Shown here: in pieces, positions 48,332 to 49,410 of the stretch
How the letters are laid out: each line of letters starts with the position of its first letter
Numbering within the stretch: position 1 is the first letter of the stretch
Assembly: GCA_964455235.1 (NCBI GenBank)
Contig: CAYVWK010000002.1
Location: forward strand, 1-49,410
Length of the DNA stretch: 49,410 bases
DNA from: an uncultured Paludibacter sp.
GTDB taxonomy: Bacteria > Bacteroidota > Bacteroidia > Bacteroidales > Paludibacteraceae
Direction of reading: 5' to 3'
Notes under the pieces: generated by a model
Database searches by the model: none
What the model saw: the letters and a program-made list of their open reading frames with translations, nothing else
Told to the model about the DNA's origin: nothing
Translations under genes and position numbers: made by a program

Positions 48332-49410
48332 ATGAAGATATTAGTTTTAAATTGCGGAAGTTCATCAGTAAAATATAAATTACTGGACATGAATAAAAAC
48401 GAGATTTTAGGCTCGGGAGTTGTTGAAAAATTAGGTATGAAAGGTTCTTTCTTGAAGCATACTCGTCAAGATGGAAAACAGGTTATTCTCGAAGGTGAAA
48501 TCCTTGAACATCAGATTGCTGTTGAATATGTATTGGGCGTTCTGACCAGCAAAAAACACGGCTCTATCACTTCTGTTGATGAGATTCATGCTGTTGGTCA
48601 CCGTGTTGTGCATGGTGGTGAGGAGTTTAATAGCAGTGTACTTATTACAGATGAGGTGGTGAAAAAGATTGAGGAATGCATAGACATTGCGCCTCTGCAT
48701 AATCCACCTAACTTGTCAGGGATTCGTGCGGTGGAAGAGCTAATGCCCGACATTCCGCAGGTAGCAGTTTTTGATACGGCATTCCACCAAACTATGCCTG
48801 ATTATGCTTATATGTATGGTATTCCCTATGCACTTTATCAAAAATACGGTATTCGTCGTTATGGTTTTCACGGCACGAGTCACCGCTATGTTGCCGAACG
48901 AGCTTGTGAGTTTTTAGGTATTGATATCAACAAAACCAAAATGATTACCTGCCATATCGGTAATGGTGCGTCTATCACCGCTATTGAAAATGGCAAATCC
49001 ATCGACACCTCTATGGGTTTCACACCTATTGAAGGTTTGATGATGGGGACTCGCTCTGGTGATGTGGATTTGGGTGTTGTTACCTATCTGATGGAAAAGG
49101 AAATGATTAACTCACGATCTGTTTCGACACTGTTCAACAAACACAGTGGAGTGATAGGCGTTTCTGGAGTTTCTTCGGATATGCGCGATATTGAAAAAGC
49201 TATTGCAGAAGGCAACGACCGTGCACGCTTGGCTTTAGACATCTATGAATATCGAATGAAAAAGTATATAGGTTCGTATTTCGCTGCACTGAATGGAGCA
49301 GATGTGCTGGTATTTACAGGCGGTGTAGGCGAAAATCAGGTAGTCACACGTGAGCGAATCTGCAAAGGATTAAGCTTTATGGGCATCAAAATCGACGATA
49401 AAATTAATGC
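48332..49410 (+). CDS. ackA: Acetate kinase (truncated by window edge; not in ORF track)
   Basis: MKILVLNCGSSSVKY, GHRVVHGG, APLHNP, FDTAFHQT, RRYGFHGTSH, CHIGNGAS, MGTRSGD, FTGGVGEN. Confidence 0.97.
   Translation, partial: MKILVLNCGSSSVKYKLLDMNKNEILGSGVVEKLGMKGSFLKHTRQDGKQVILEGEILEHQIAVEYVLGVLTSKKHGSITSVDEIHAVGHRVVHGGEEFNSSVLITDEVVKKIEECIDIAPLHNPPNLSGIRAVEELMPDIPQVAVFDTAFHQTMPDYAYMYGIPYALYQKYGIRRYGFHGTSHRYVAERACEFLGIDINKTKMITCHIGNGASITAIENGKSIDTSMGFTPIEGLMMGTRSGDVDLGVVTYLMEKEMINSRSVSTLFNKHSGVIGVSGVSSDMRDIEKAIAEGNDRARLALDIYEYRMKKYIGSYFAALNGADVLVFTGGVGENQVVTRERICKGLSFMGIKIDDKIN

Overview
Chromosomal window from a Bacteroidales-type organism (TAnnTTTG promoters, SusC/SusD pair, T9SS C-terminal domains). 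Bases ~56-31729 form a ~30 kb SusC/SusD locus with no recognisable glycosidase. Instead it holds phosphoester-handling genes: a GlpR/DeoR regulator, two GlpT-family permeases, two GlpD-family dehydrogenases (one with altered motifs), a GDPD, three calcineurin-like metallophosphoesterases, a Ser-type sulfatase, an alkaline phosphatase and a HAD-IIA phosphatase. It also encodes BACON lipoproteins and three paralogous T9SS proteins built around an interrupted FN3 domain. My main hypothesis (inference) is a utilisation locus for glycerophosphodiester polymers such as teichoic acids or deacylated phospholipids. The remainder holds a Gram-positive-like 2-oxoacid dehydrogenase E1a/E1b/E2 cluster without E3, cobB, ogt, rpmH (absent from the ORF track), housekeeping genes and pta-hbd-like-ackA (truncated at the edge). 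No rRNA, tRNA, CRISPR array or mobile element was seen. All family calls come from reading motifs by eye, not from database searches.
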